From Anolis carolinensis (lineage: Eukaryota), in assembly GCF_035594765.1 (NCBI RefSeq), contig NC_085845.1:145530897-145594896 (forward strand): DNA of 64,000 bases, in the 5' to 3' direction. The translations under genes and the position numbers were made by a program. This document shows positions 1 through 12,249 of the stretch, in pieces (position 1 is the first letter of the stretch; each line of letters starts with the position of its first letter). The notes under the pieces are model-generated. The model was not told the DNA's origin and ran no database searches. It saw only the letters and a program-made list of their open reading frames with translations.

Positions 1-418
1 TGTACTATCTGCTTAGACCTTAGGCAGTTTGGCATTTCAGCTCCTGAACTGACTAATTGTTCCCAGATGGCTATTGCACCTACTTGTTCAGGAACTGGTA
101 TACATCTTATAAGTAATTCCTGTACTAGTTAAGCCTTGCTTGAGCACTGTGATCTAGTGGAATCAGAGCTTGCAGGACAGAGGGAGTGGTGCTTTTTGTT
201 TGACAGATGAATTGATGTCCTCATGTGTCTCTGTCTCATCTCCTAGCTCTAGTTCTCCCAATATTTTATGAAAAATCCCAGTTGCAATCCAGAAAAATTT
301 CAGGTAGTTTGAACTTGAATGATAGTTTGATCTGGAATGTTTATCTTCAGCTAAATTCTTTCACAAATTTATGTGCATTCAAGTTTTATATTTCAATAAG
401 GTAAGCATGCCCACTAAG

Positions 419-749
419 GTAAAGGTAAAGGTTTTCCCCTGACATTAATTCTAGTTGTGCCCGACTCTGTGGGTTGGTGCTCATCTCCATTTCTAAAATG
501 AAGTGCCGGCATTGTCTGTGGACACCTCCAAGGTTATGTGGCCGGCATGACTGCATGGAGCGCCATTACCTTTCTGCCGTGGCAGTACCTATTGATCTAC
601 TCACATTTGCATGTTTTTGAACTGCTAGGTTGGCAGTAGTTGCAGCTAACAGCGGGAGCTCACCCCGCTTCCCGGATTTGAACCACTGACCTTTTGGTCA
701 GAAAGTTCAGCAGCTCAGTGGTTTAACCCGATGCGCTGTTGGGGGCTCC
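419..749 (-). mobile_element. Sauria SINE, full length
   Basis: Reverse complement has a tRNA-like head (GGAGCCCCC..., GGTTCAAATCC B-box) and an (ACCTTT)n tail; 15-bp TSD agcatgc(c/t)cactaag at 404-418 and 753-767. Confidence 0.93.
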
Positions 750-1692
750 ATTAGCATGCTCACTAAGATACATATAAGCATACATAAGTTTAATAAATGG
801 AGAGCAGAGCAAAGTGTTCATTTTCTAACTGGGAAAGTAGAAAAACTATTTTTCTCACATTGAAGAGTTCTGTTAAGTTTCTGAATGATTGTTTCAGAGA
901 GATGAATAGCAGCAGGTCAAACCAACCTTAATATGTTATACAGTGTGCGCAGTAGGGAGTTAAATATTACTTCTCAGTGACATGGCCATCTTCAAGTTTG
1001 GTGTACGGAAAAATGAAAAAACATCCCACTATTGTTCAGGCAAAGCATCTGTTAAGCACTAGACACTTTTCATACAAAATTCTCATTGAAACGTTTTTTT
1101 AAAAATAAATGAGAGAGGACAGTAATTTATTTCTCTGTTTGAATAGATAAGGCAAAATATCTATATATAAATGACATCCCTTTTCAACCCCATGTCTTTC
1201 AACAGGAATTGAAAAGGAGAAGTGCTTCATAGTTGTATACACTATCATTGTGCCATGAGCCGGAATACTGGAGAATAGAGCACAACCTCTTGTGCCAAAT
1301 AGCAGTATGTTGCAATAAAGGAAGGAGAGGAGGGTTACATTTTCAAAAAAGAATCTCAATGTGAGAGGAAAGACTTGACCCCTCTTCTTTATGCCAGCAG
1401 TAACCAGCTATCGCTATTTAGCATAATGATGACAGCACTTGACAGGAAAACACATGTTGAATGGCATATGTAGTTTGCCACTGGCTTGACCTTTATGTCA
1501 ATTAAGCGACGAGAAGCCTTGAAAAGAAAAGAGAAGGAAGGTTGTGCCTCTGACACCACTTCAGAAATTCTTTTTCCATCATGTACACTGCTGCATTTAT
1601 GAGCGGAAACATTACATACACTTTCAGTGTGAAGAATACAATGGAAATAATACTGAAGCTGGAACCTCCATGTACATAACTTTCCTTTCATC

Positions 1693-1890
1693 AGGGTGCA
1701 TCTATACTGTAGAATTATGTAATGCAAATTGACGCCACTTCAACTGCCAGGACTCAATGGTGTATAATCATGGATGTTGTAGTTTTGCAAGGTCTTTAGC
1801 CTTCTCTGCCAAAAAGTGCTGGTGCTTCAACAAACTAAAAATCCCATTATTCCATAGCACTGAGCCATGGCAGTTAAAGTATGTCCATCT
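1693..1890. mobile_element. Harbinger-like palindromic MITE, degenerate
   Basis: gggtgcatctatactgtagaatt start and internal tgtagttt/aaacta inverted motif; related copies at 23712-23931 and ~58850-58997. Confidence 0.6.
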
Positions 1891-1894
1891 GTCT

Positions 1895-2060
1895 CTTTCT
1901 TCTTAGGCGATCCCTTGTTGTCCAAGTATGTTGGCCTTCAAAGTTCTTGGAAGATGCCTGTGCATGAGGTTTTTTATTGTGTAGAGGTCGGTGAACAGCC
2001 AATCAACACACAGTCTTCACAGCTTGAGGGTCCAGTGGCGTGATTAACAGAACAACCATG
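1895..2060 (-). mobile_element. RTE-clade LINE 3' fragment
   Basis: ttaggcgatcccttgttgtccaagtatg is shared with the copy at 26285-26575. Confidence 0.55.
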
Positions 2061-2275
2061 TTATCATCCGCCTGATCTGCCACTGAGGTCTTCAGATTGT
2101 GCTCGGTCTGGAACCTCTCTTGCGGTTGCCCCTGGGTGGTTATGCCCGCAGGTTCATTGGAACATGCAAGCCCCCTCACCACAACAAGGTGACAATCCAT
2201 TGAGGAGTCCATCTGTATTCTAAGAGTAGAGCCAGCATCAGACATCCACTGAGTAGAGATTGGACTGGTTTAGAG

Positions 2276-2412
2276 CAGTGGTTCCCAACCTTTGGTCCTC
2301 CAGTTGTTTTGGACTTCAGCTTTCAGAAATCTGAGAACCAGCTTACCAACGGTTAGGAATTGTGGGAACTAAAGTTCAAAACACCTGGAGGATCAAAGTT
2401 TGGGAACCATTA
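2276..2412. mobile_element. hAT (Charlie-like) MITE, ~135 bp
   Basis: TIRs cagtggttcccaa / ttgggaaccatta; 8-bp flanks gtttagag / ggttaaag. Confidence 0.8.
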
Positions 2413-2420
2413 GGTTAAAG

Positions 2421-2555
2421 CAGTGGTTCTTAACCAGTGGGTTCCCAGATGTTTTGGCCTTCAACTCCCAGAAATCCTAACAGCTGTTAAACTGGCTGGG
2501 ATTTCTGAAAGTTGTAGGCAAAAACACCTGGGGACCCACAGGTTGAGAACCACTG
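2421..2555. mobile_element. hAT (Charlie-like) MITE, ~135 bp
   Basis: TIRs cagtggttct / agaaccactg; 8-bp flanks ggttaaag / ggtttaag. Confidence 0.85.
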
Positions 2556-2705
2556 GGTTTAAGTAAAGAAGCTCAGGGATGGGTCCAATGGTGTCACTCT
2601 GCTGCCCCTTTCTATACACTGATTCCCTTAACATAATCAACATGGGAAAAGGTGGGTTGCTGTGAGTCTTCCGGGCTGTATGGCCATGTTCCAGAAGCTT
2701 TCTTT

Positions 2706-2746
2706 CCTGGTGTTTTACCCACATCTGTGGCAGGCATCCTCAGAGG
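2706..2746 (-). ncRNA. Degenerate minimal hammerhead ribozyme in pLTR
   Basis: Revcomp cctCTGAGGAtgcctgccacagatgtgggtAAAAcaccagg; G12 and the UH site are mutated. Confidence 0.6.
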
Positions 2747-2784
2747 TGTGCGGTATGTTGGAAACTAAGCAAGGGAGGTTTATA

Positions 2785-3107
2785 CAGTAGAGTCTCACTT
2801 ATCCAACACTCGCTTATCCAATGTTCTGGATTATCCAACGCATTTTTGTAGTTAATGTTTTCAATACATTGTGATATTTTGGTGCTAAATTCGTAAATAC
2901 AGTAATTACTACATAGCATTACTGCATATTGAACTACTTTTTCTGTCAAATTTGTTGTATAACATGATGTTTTGGTGCTTAATTTGTAAAATCATAACCT
3001 AATTTGATGTTTAATAGACTTTTCCTTAATCCCTCCTTATTATCCAACGTATTTGCTTATCCAATATTCTGCCGGCCCGTTTATGTTGGATAAGTGAGAC
3101 TCTACTG
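2785..3107. mobile_element. Tc1/mariner-type MITE (323 bp) nested in the Penelope arm
   Basis: Perfect 24-bp TIR cagtagagtctcacttatccaaca; TA duplication on both sides. Confidence 0.93.
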
Positions 3108-3458
3108 TATATCTGTGTAAGATCCAGGGTGGCAGAAAGAACTCTTGTCTGTTGGAGGCAGGTGTGGATGTTGTAAAAAAAACCCTCTAAAATCAGAACA
3201 GTAAATAAAGAGCAACACTCTGAAAACAGAGAAATTCCAGACATGAAACAATCAGGGACAGCTAACACCTCCAAAAAAGGATTCTCCCAGACAGGAAGAA
3301 GCCAGGCCATGAAGCTGGCAAGGCTATTCATGCTAATGAAGGTGATTATTAATTATAACATGCACACCTGCCTCCAACAGACAAGAGTTCTTTCTCCCAC
3401 CCTGGACCTTACACAGATATATAAACCTCCCTTGCCTAATTGGCAACATACCTCTCAA

Positions 3459-3499
3459 CCTCTGAGGATGCCTGCCACAGATGTGGGTGAAATGTCAGG
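3459..3499 (+). ncRNA. Minimal type I hammerhead ribozyme (core intact, helix III palindrome CG>TG)
   Basis: cct-CTGAGGA-t-gcctgc-cacagat-gtgggt-GAAA-tg-TC-agg. Confidence 0.75.
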
Positions 3500-5461
3500 A
3501 GAGAAAGCTTCTGGAACATGGCCATACAGCCCCAAAAGACTCACAGCAACCCAGTGATTCTGGCCATGAAAGCTTTCAACAATACATGGGAAAGTCTTTA
3601 GACTGCCACCAACTGCTATGCTCAAATTGGTCCCTTTCCACTTAATTCAATATGAAACCAAACAAGGTATGCAAAGAATGAATAGCCTCCTAGGCAACTT
3701 TTTGAAGCCTCCTGAATGACAATGTGCAAAAGATAGCCCCACTCTAAAAATGGAGTTGTAATTATGTCAGGAACCCAGCAGTTAAATTTATCAAGTCAGC
3801 TGCCTCTGATGTTTCTACATGTAGCAATTTGGGGCACTCGGAAGCTGCAATTCAAAGCTCTTTTCAACTTGAGTATGAAAGTATTCACAGGTGCTTTGCG
3901 GCTGGCTGATGTTGCTGCTTGCTGCTCCAGATATTTCTCTCTCCAGACCTACTTACTGACAAGGTCATCAGTGAATTGCAAGGCAATAAAGACCAAGCCT
4001 ATTCCTAGTCAAATAATGGATAAGGCAGATAAAACACACTCACGCATGCACTTTTAGACATGCAAATTGTACAGGTAGTCAGACTGCACACTTAAATTTC
4101 ATTTCTTTATTCATTGAATACACTCTCCTGGATTCTGTTTGGACTTGTCTATTTGGGGGTGACAAATAGTTGTGTTTGCCTTAGGTGCTGTGCAACAAAA
4201 ACACATGTTACCTTAGGATAGCAAGCAGAAGTCAACCCTACGTTACCCTTACAGACCTTGATTTCTGAATGTAAAGAGTAAGAGTGCTTGTCTTCATAGC
4301 ATTTTTCCTTAAGGTAAAATTATTATACTATTTTTTTAAGAAACGAAGCAGCAGACATTTGTGTTTATTTGTATCAGATTGCTTAACCTAAAAGACCCAA
4401 CTTTCCTCAAGGCAATAACTAACTCCCAGGGAGTTCTCAAATTGGCAATGTGAAAGGATAATTTGCCATTGGCAGCTTCAGCTACTTTACTCTGAAAGAA
4501 TAAATAACCAATGCACTGATTTATTGGATAATTAAAATAGAGCTTTTCCCATTTTCATGCACAACCAATTCTTAGATATAAGTTTCATTGCAATCAGAGG
4601 TGCTTACTTCTGAGTAAGCACGTTTAGGGTTGCATTCCTAGCATGCTGACACAGAATAGTTAGCCTGATGTAATTTATAGCCTCTTAGAGCCTCTTGTCA
4701 AAGTACAAGAACAGACAACTATGTGTGAAGTATGAACCTACACTGGGGTGCACTAAACCAGTTGGTAAACTATTAATCTCTAATGCCCTGCTAAGTAATG
4801 AGAAGATTCTAACGTTTTTTTGGTCTTTTCTAGAGAGTTCTAATCAGGTTCTGATATGTAATAAATTATTATCTTCTGTTGGAAGTGTTATATGGTTTAG
4901 ATCCTGCCTTACCAAATAGGTATACACGTAGCATGGAAAATTACTATTTGGTAAATGATGGCTTGTGTTTCTCCTAGGTTATAATTTGCAATGATCTAAT
5001 TGGCTTTTCTTCTTAGATAGCAGTGCACAAGATTGGATGAGGATACTGTAGAGTCTATGAACTGGCCTAAAGAGATAATCACTCTCATTTAGCTGGGATC
5101 TAGCACTGAATACCACAGTGGAACCAATACAGGCATTAATACCAAAATTCCCACCAAGCCCTTGTCAATGTGTTGCATGAGGAGATTATTGCAAAGTGTT
5201 ATAGCAGGAAACCAGGAATATTAAAATGAGATATTTCAGATTAGGATCAGCTCTACCATTAGGCAGAGTAACACAACCATCTAAGGCAGAACTTTCAGAC
5301 ACACTGTGGTGACACACTTTTTAAACGTGCATTTTTGTGCCACAGGCCCCATCTATATTGCCATACAATCTTGTTCTGAATGCAGATTGACTACATTGAA
5401 CTGGAAGATATGGCAGTATAGACTCGTATAATCAAGTTCAAACAATAAATCTTCATTCTGA

Positions 5462-5608
5462 GGCCCCTTCTACACTGCCATATATCCAGATTATCAAAGG
5501 AGGTAATCAACATTATCTGGTTTGAACTGGATTATTTTAGTCTACACTGCCATATAATCCAGTTCAAAGCAGATAATGTAGATTTGATATAGTAGTGTAG
5601 AAGGGGCC
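5462..5608. mobile_element. PIF/Harbinger-like MITE
   Basis: TIR ggccccttctacact / agtgtagaaggggcc; TSD TGA. Confidence 0.85.
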
Positions 5609-5636
5609 TGAAATTGGATTATATGACAGTGTAGAT

Positions 5637-5772
5637 CAATGATTCTCAACCTATGACTCTACAGTGTGTTTTGGCCCACAACTCCCAGAAATCCCAGCCA
5701 GTTTGCCAGCTGTTAGAATTTCTGGGAGTTGAAGGCCAAAACATCTGGGGACCCACAGGTTGAGAAACACTG
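5637..5772. mobile_element. hAT (Charlie-like) MITE
   Basis: Same family as 2421-2555; perfect 8-bp TSD gtgtagat at 5629-5636 and 5773-5780. Confidence 0.88.
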
Positions 5773-5947
5773 GTGTAGATCCAGCCACAGTCATTCAGTT
5801 TTACTAGCTGGAAGTTGAACCAACTTTTTCTAGGAGATATGGACACAAACATAAATTGTAATAATGAAATGTATGGGGACACAACTTGTCTCATGAAAAC
5901 CCTTCATTTATTTTTTAAAATATGCAGTTTATTGCTTATTTCACATA

Positions 5948-6304
5948 GGACCTCATCACATTGAGGTTCAAAATGCAGGTGATAGCGGGGGGGGGGGGGG
6001 GATTCGCTGGGACACATAGCAAATCCGTAGGGCAGTGGGGGAAACCATCACTTTGCACCCCACATCATCCACATTGCCAGTTTCCCTATCACATGGGGAA
6101 AAGCACACCGCCCGGCTTCCCCCCGTGTTGGCCCCATTTTAAGTAATGAGAACATGGGAAGCTTCTGTGTTATCTGGGCTCAGTCCTAGAACGCTTCCAG
6201 GATGGAATTCCACAGGAAGTACTCCTGCTTCATGTTATGGGCTCTGTCGGGCTCTTTTCTGTAAGCATTCTAGGATGGAACCGAAGCCTCACGTGATGAG
6301 GTCC
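5948..6304. mobile_element. Harbinger-like MITE (ggacctcatcac TIR family)
   Basis: TIR ggacctcatcac / gtgatgaggtcc with 3-bp flanks ATA; relatives near 17200-17495, 36955-37274, 41505-41968 and 56552-56882. Confidence 0.7.
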
Positions 6305-8461
6305 ATAGATCCAGAGGTTCATGTGACACACCTACACACTTCAGCTGATACACTAATATGTCATGACACACAGTTTGGAAAGCTCTGCACTGCATTTTCC
6401 CAGTCTGTAGTGACTTCTTAACACTATGCACATTGCAGACACCACAGTGAGATCTCCATAATTGGGAAACTCACTTGGGTGTAAGGAGGTGGTCCACATC
6501 TCCAATTCTTCACATTATTTTTAACCACACAGTCACTCTATTCCACATGACTCCCACCCCAATCATGCATGTAAATAAACACATTTCTATTTTGTCAAGA
6601 AACAATCAGTGCTTTTGTCCCATGCATCTATGCTAACACCTATATGCTGATATCCATACATAGATATGTTAACCACACCAGTAAAATGTTAAAACCTGGA
6701 AATAAAACCACTGCTTGGTGGGAAGGATCAGGCAACCATGTGGCCCAGGTGTTGTAAATATGCTGTAGTATTAACAGGTTTATGTTCTTCTTACTTAATT
6801 GTGTTTTGTTTTATATTGTATTTTATCGTATTTGTATTATTGCTTTTAGCTGCCTTAGACAGCATTAGTAAGTGGTCTAGCATACCCTTACTTATTTTTA
6901 AAAATCCTGAAAGATTGAATAAGGTGAATTTATGGAAATTATGCAAAATATGCGAAAATTTCTGACATGATTTACCAATATAAATCTTCTATGTCTGTAA
7001 AAGCCATACTGTCTTTAAATAAAAAGGGCAGCAGCAAGTTGTAATTTAAGATTTGTATTTCTTACTGTGGAGAGTAGGATAGAGATTATTATCTCTGCAA
7101 TGCTCCATACTCCCCTGACCAAGGAACATAATTTGGGCCTCCTAGTCTGAAAGTGAGAACTAGATTACACACAGAGGCAATTTGTCTATTGCAAAGCCTA
7201 ATTTAATTCTAAAGTTTGTTGATTTTCTGTTGACCAGAGACAATTTGTTCCAGAATCTGAATGAATTCATTTACTAAACAACAAATCAGTTAGACTGTCT
7301 AAATAAAACTAGCAGAAGGGGAAGCTATAAATTATTGAAAATGTTTCCATGGAACTTAGTGGTTGGTCACATACATTGGTTGAGAACAGAATTCATTGAG
7401 GATTCTCAAACCATTATTGCCTTGCAGGAGACTTGGCTACATAATTAATATTCTAGTTTCCTCACAGCCAGACATTTAGGAAGTTCCTGGCTTTGGACAG
7501 CTCTACAGAACAATTCATCCTGGAAGATCCCATGCCATTCTGGAGGAGATGGCTGTCTTATTAAGTAGTGAATTTGCCACTTCTGACAATCCACTACCTG
7601 AAAGAGAATATATGAGAGGGCCAGCATGCACAAAAGGAGAGATGTGATTCTTCAAAGCTTTTGCTTCATAATGTAATGTAGTGGTGTTTTTATTCTTTGG
7701 AGTGTGGAAGAATCAATTCAAAGCTCTGGTTTGATTGGATGGGTGAAAGTGAAATGAAGAGCAAATACAATCCCTACACCATACCCATACTTGTAACATA
7801 GAGTAGATGAAAAAACAATTAACATTTGTATAACATATGTTTGAGAGCACCTCTGAAATTTTGTTTTTTTGACTTACTGGCTGCACCAGTCTGCAAGTCA
7901 CAACTGTGGGCAAAGTGAGGATAGGTATTTCGTTCCAGGTACCAAGATGGTTTCTCTTTTCCAGTAGCCCACAAAGTTTTCCAGGCTGTGGTGTGTAGTG
8001 GGAAGCCCATCCAATCAGAGAGTCTGAGCTTTGTAGCAAATGGAGGCTTCATTCAGATCCAGTCCTGGCCCACATAAACTGTTTTCCCTCATCAAACCAG
8101 CAGCCAGTCAGCTTCAATCACTATTCCTACCTACCATCGCTGTGTTTGTGTTTTCTACAGACAAATGTTTCATTATTGCTATCACACAGCTAATATGGAT
8201 TGTCACATATTTCAGTAGCTCTAAAGTGGTGCTAGATCCTATTTGGATGAGTACCCTTAAGGGAGCTTTGGGTGGAGGAGGCACTCTTAGTTTGTGGGCA
8301 ATGTCTCTTCTTTATTCTTAGGTAGCAGAAGAACCAAAGTGTTTTTCATCTGAATGGATTCCCATAACTGTTCAATGTGTTGTCGAAGGCTTTCATGGCT
8401 GGGATCACAGGGTTGTTGTATGTTTTCCGGGCTGTATGGCCATGTTCTAGAAGTATTCTCT

Positions 8462-8502
8462 CCTGACGTTTTGCCCACATCTATGACAGGCATCCTCAGA
8501 GG
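8462..8502 (-). ncRNA. Minimal hammerhead ribozyme, G12>A
   Basis: Revcomp cctCTGAGGAtgcctgtcatagatgtgggcAAAAcgTCagg. Confidence 0.7.
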
Positions 8503-8648
8503 GTGTGAGGTATGGTTGTGAGGTATACATCAAGAGAACCACTGACCGCATAGGCAAACTGATGAAGAAGCACAACCTACAAACTATCTACAGACCCACA
8601 AAGAAAATCAACAAATGCTAAGGTCAGCGAAGGACAAGAGGGATCCTC

Positions 8649-8881
8649 ATAGAATCATAGAATAGTAGAGTTGGAAGAGACCTCATGGGCCATCCAGTCC
8701 AACCCCCCCTCTAAGAAGCAGAAAATCGCATTCAAAGCACCCTCGACATATGGCCATCCAGCCTCTGCTTAAAAGCCTCGAAAGAAGGAGCCTCCACCAC
8801 AGCCCGGGGGAGAGAGTTCCACTGCCGAACAGCTCTCACAGTAAGGAGGTTCTTCCTGATGTTCAGGTGGAATCTCCTTTT
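8649..8881 (-). mobile_element. CR1 LINE 3' fragment inserted into the Penelope ORF
   Basis: (ATTCTATG)n tail on the minus strand; peptide RFHLNIRKNLLTVRAVRQWNSLPRAVVEAPS typical of the CR1 ORF2 C-terminus. Confidence 0.93.
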
Positions 8882-9459
8882 CTCACCTCTGCAGGAGTCT
8901 ACAGTATACCATGCAGCTGTGGACAAGTCTACATAGGGACCACCAAACACAGTGCCCAAACACAAGTCAAAGAACATGAAAGGCACTGCAGACTAACTCA
9001 ACCAGAGAAATCAGCCATAGCAGAGCACATGATGAACCAACCTGGACACAGTATATTATTTGAGAACACAGAAATGCTTGACCACTCCAGCAATTATCAT
9101 GTCAGACTATACAGAGAAGCCGTTAAAATTAACAAGCATGTGGACAACTTCAACAGAAAAGAGGAAGCAATGAAAATGAACAAAATCTGGCTACCAGTAT
9201 TAAAAAACTCAAAAATTGGAACAGTAAATAAGAAGCAACACTCTGAAAACAGAGGAGTTCCAGACATGGGAACCAAGGGCAGCTAATGACTCCAAACAAA
9301 GGATGCCCCCGGGCAGGAGATGAAGCTATTCAATGCTAATTAAGGTGATTAACTACAACATTCACACTGGCCTCCAACTGACAAAGAGTTCTTCTCTCAC
9401 ACTGGACTTTCCACAGATATATATAAACCTTCCTTGCTTAGTTTCTCCATACCTCACAA

Positions 9460-9500
9460 CCTCTGAGGATGCCTGCCATAGATGTGGGCAAAACGTCAGG
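9460..9500 (+). ncRNA. Minimal hammerhead ribozyme, G12>A
   Basis: cctCTGAGGAtgcctgccatagatgtgggcAAAAcgTCagg. Confidence 0.7.
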
Positions 9501-11141
9501 AGAGAATACTTCTAGAACATGGCCGGAAAACATACAGCAACCCCATAACTGTTATTACCCAGCAGGGTAGCACTTGAATGAATCAAATAGTGGCAGGACC
9601 CAGACCCATGCTGCTAGCCAAACCTATTCTGTGTACCTAATAAACCTGTGCTTCCACCATTTCAATAAAATATGACCGCTATTTGTCAAAAGACTGCAGG
9701 TCTGGACTGCAATAACATTTTGGAGTTTCATCAACAGTCAGAAAAAAATGCCTTATGGGCTTGATATGGCTGGCAAGTGATTACTGGTCATTTCTGGTGT
9801 AGGCTTGCCCATAACCACTTTGGTATGAATAGATGAACATGAGAGGAAGCAGTATCTCTACTACACTGTTATTAAGACTTGCCTCTTCATACCTTGACAT
9901 TGAAAATGGCTGGGAGGTTCTTCTGTCTGAAAATACAATATGTACAATGCAATCAATGTTCGCAGAAGTGAATTAGATGGACCAATGGCGATTTATGTCC
10001 CTAATCTATATAGTGTTTGGAAATGTTACTTTTTAAGACTACAACTTCCAAGACAATCCCAACCAATGTGACCACTGGCATGGTGGCTGGGAAAGTTGAG
10101 GAGTTGTAGTCCACAAAAGCAATGTTTCTAAACTCTGAAACTTTGTGCTTCACAAGCATGTCTCTATTCTCCCTAATAGAACATATTTTGGATCTAAAAC
10201 CAAGACATAAACACACTGTTACAATGTCACTCAGCTATACCAATCTGAGTTAAAATCTGTTGTTTTAAACATATTTTATAGTTTAAACACTGCAAGGAAT
10301 TCCTAACTCTCTGCATGCGTGCTTCCAAATTGCTTTGTGGAGCAGCATGGGTGCAGCTGGCTTTAACAGGCCTTTGAAGTCTTCTCCAAGACGTTTCCAT
10401 AGTCTACATTTACAGTACTGTAACTATGTGGATCACAGTTTTCTGTCACAGCATGCAGGGCAGGCTGCCATTTGAGCAAAATCTATCTGTCTTGAAAAGG
10501 AGAAAGTTGGGAACTGAAGTGAACGTGGGAAGCCCACTCTACCATCTGCAAATGAATGCACAGCATATCCACAGTTGTTCCTTTTTACAGAGATGTACTC
10601 TATGGAATTTTAATTGCCCACATTTTAATCATCTAAAGTTTCTTGATATCCAAAGTTGCTACATAATTTTCTAAGGAAGAAAATAGACTTGGAATTGTGC
10701 AAATATACTACACTGACAGTTGCTCCAAGAATTCCCTCTTCTAACTTGCCCAAAACAACTTTTCTTGTTTTTGCTTCATTTAGTTTTATTCAGTTGTCAT
10801 ACAACGTATTTATCTATAATTGAAGAACTTATAAGATTAGGTTTCTGGGGAAAATTAATTTTTTGTGTGTGTTAACTGTACCAAGAATCCCGTTGAACAA
10901 TGCAATGAACCTTCCTTTCATTTGGTGGTGGTAGCAGAACTCAGAATAATTATGTTTAGGGTCAATAGCTCCTAATATCACCCAGCTAGCAGGGACCTTG
11001 GAAATTGTAGTGATCTCTTTGAAGCTTTATGGTATCTCAGAACCAAGATGGGTATGTTGTTTCTTCTAGACAGGGCTGGACTCTCTTTGAAAATGAACAT
11101 CCATAATTTGATAGCTATTCTAGTGACCTCTTCACACATAT

Positions 11142-11251
11142 CTATGTCTATGGACAATGCTGGCTCTTCGGTTTAGAAATGGAGATGAGCACCAACCCCC
11201 AGAGTCAGACATGACTGGACTTAATGTCAGGGGAAACCTTTACCTTTACCT
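11142..11251 (+). mobile_element. Sauria SINE 3' fragment
   Basis: ggagatgagcaccaacccccagagtc...acctttacctttacc tail. Confidence 0.88.
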
Positions 11252-11627
11252 AGGTGTGATTAATAAAATATTTTATAAAATAAATAAATAGATATCGTTC
11301 TTTTGTCTGGTCAAACTGAGGTGGAAACAAACAAACACAAGCAAACCCAGCTTAGGGATTCCTCCAGACTAGACAAACATGTTAGGAAGTCATATTATTT
11401 GTTACTCTACCATGTTTCATCGATTCCTCTTAATTCCAAAAGAATGGAATTCCCCCCAACGAATGGAAAATGTGGACAAAGAGGTGGGAACAACTAGCAA
11501 AACCTAAGGAGCTATATTATGAAAAGATCCCGGGAATAGTTGGCTGGCAACAGTTCAAAAGTAACAGATGTAAAGGTTGGCACTGATACTATCTGCTTCT
11601 GTCTTACTGGCTTCCTGTGAGAAATAA

Positions 11628-11703
11628 GGTCCCCTTCTACACTGCCATATAAAATCCAGATTATCTCATTTGAACTGGATTATATGGCAATGTAGAAGGG
11701 GCC
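11628..11703. mobile_element. Short palindromic Harbinger-like MITE
   Basis: ccccttctacactgccatata ... tatatggcaatgtagaagggg; same TIR as 5462-5608. Confidence 0.75.
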
Positions 11704-12249
11704 TTTGTCATATTGAGGATAGAAAGGAAAATGAATTATTCTCAAACTGTGCATATATTTTAATGGATTTGTACATATAGTTCAATAGTAAGGTAGAAGT
11801 ACAAGACTGAAGCTTTCCTTTCAATCTATTTGTTGCTTAGTGTTCAGTGTCTGAAAGCAATGAAGCAAAAATCTGGTGTTCATTTCAAGGAAAAAAACCA
11901 TGCCACCTGTTATTTCTGTTGCTGGGTTATCATGGCATCAGGTGCTCAAAGTGCTTCCTCTTACTAAAATGCCTGCGTCTCAATGTACTTCAGGGACACT
12001 TTGCTTTATGAGGTTCTACCTTAGCAACACGACAATATTTAGCTCTCAGATTAGAGCGCATATGGAAACACGTGGAGCCACATTTTCTCCACAGAACATT
12101 GATTTTTATGAACACAATTGTGCTTGGAACCAATTTGCTCATAATCTTAAGAATATGTTTATCTCTCATGTCACAACAAAATAAATATTTAGACCTTTTA
12201 AGGGAAAGAGTTTTTTAAGGGACAAGAGAGAGGAGGGAAACTAGATAAA

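Larger units (their letters stand above)
2653..3583. mobile_element. Penelope-like element (Poseidon type): inverted composite of two terminal-repeat (pLTR) arms
   Basis: Minus arm ~2653-3172 and plus arm ~3176-3583, both homologous to the 3' end of the 59.7-61.3 kb element; TSD acatgggaaa at 2640-2649 and 3584-3593. Confidence 0.88.
5345..5786. mobile_element. PIF/Harbinger-like MITE hosting two nested MITEs
   Basis: Ends ggccccatcta / tagatccagcc; 3-bp flanks ACA at 5342-5344 and 5787-5789. Confidence 0.7.
8373..9541 (+). mobile_element. 5'-truncated Penelope-like element with inverted 5' pLTR arm; GIY-YIG region pseudogenised
   Basis: Inverted arm 8373-~8525; direct part encodes AGVYSIPCSCGQVYIGTTK; frameshift relative to the 59.7 kb copy; 12-bp TSD cccataactgtt at 8361-8372 and 9542-9553. 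Confidence 0.93.

Noticed and set aside
8750-9286. 178-aa ORF as an independent nuclease gene
   Set aside because: Chimera of antisense CR1 and the broken Penelope GIY-YIG region.
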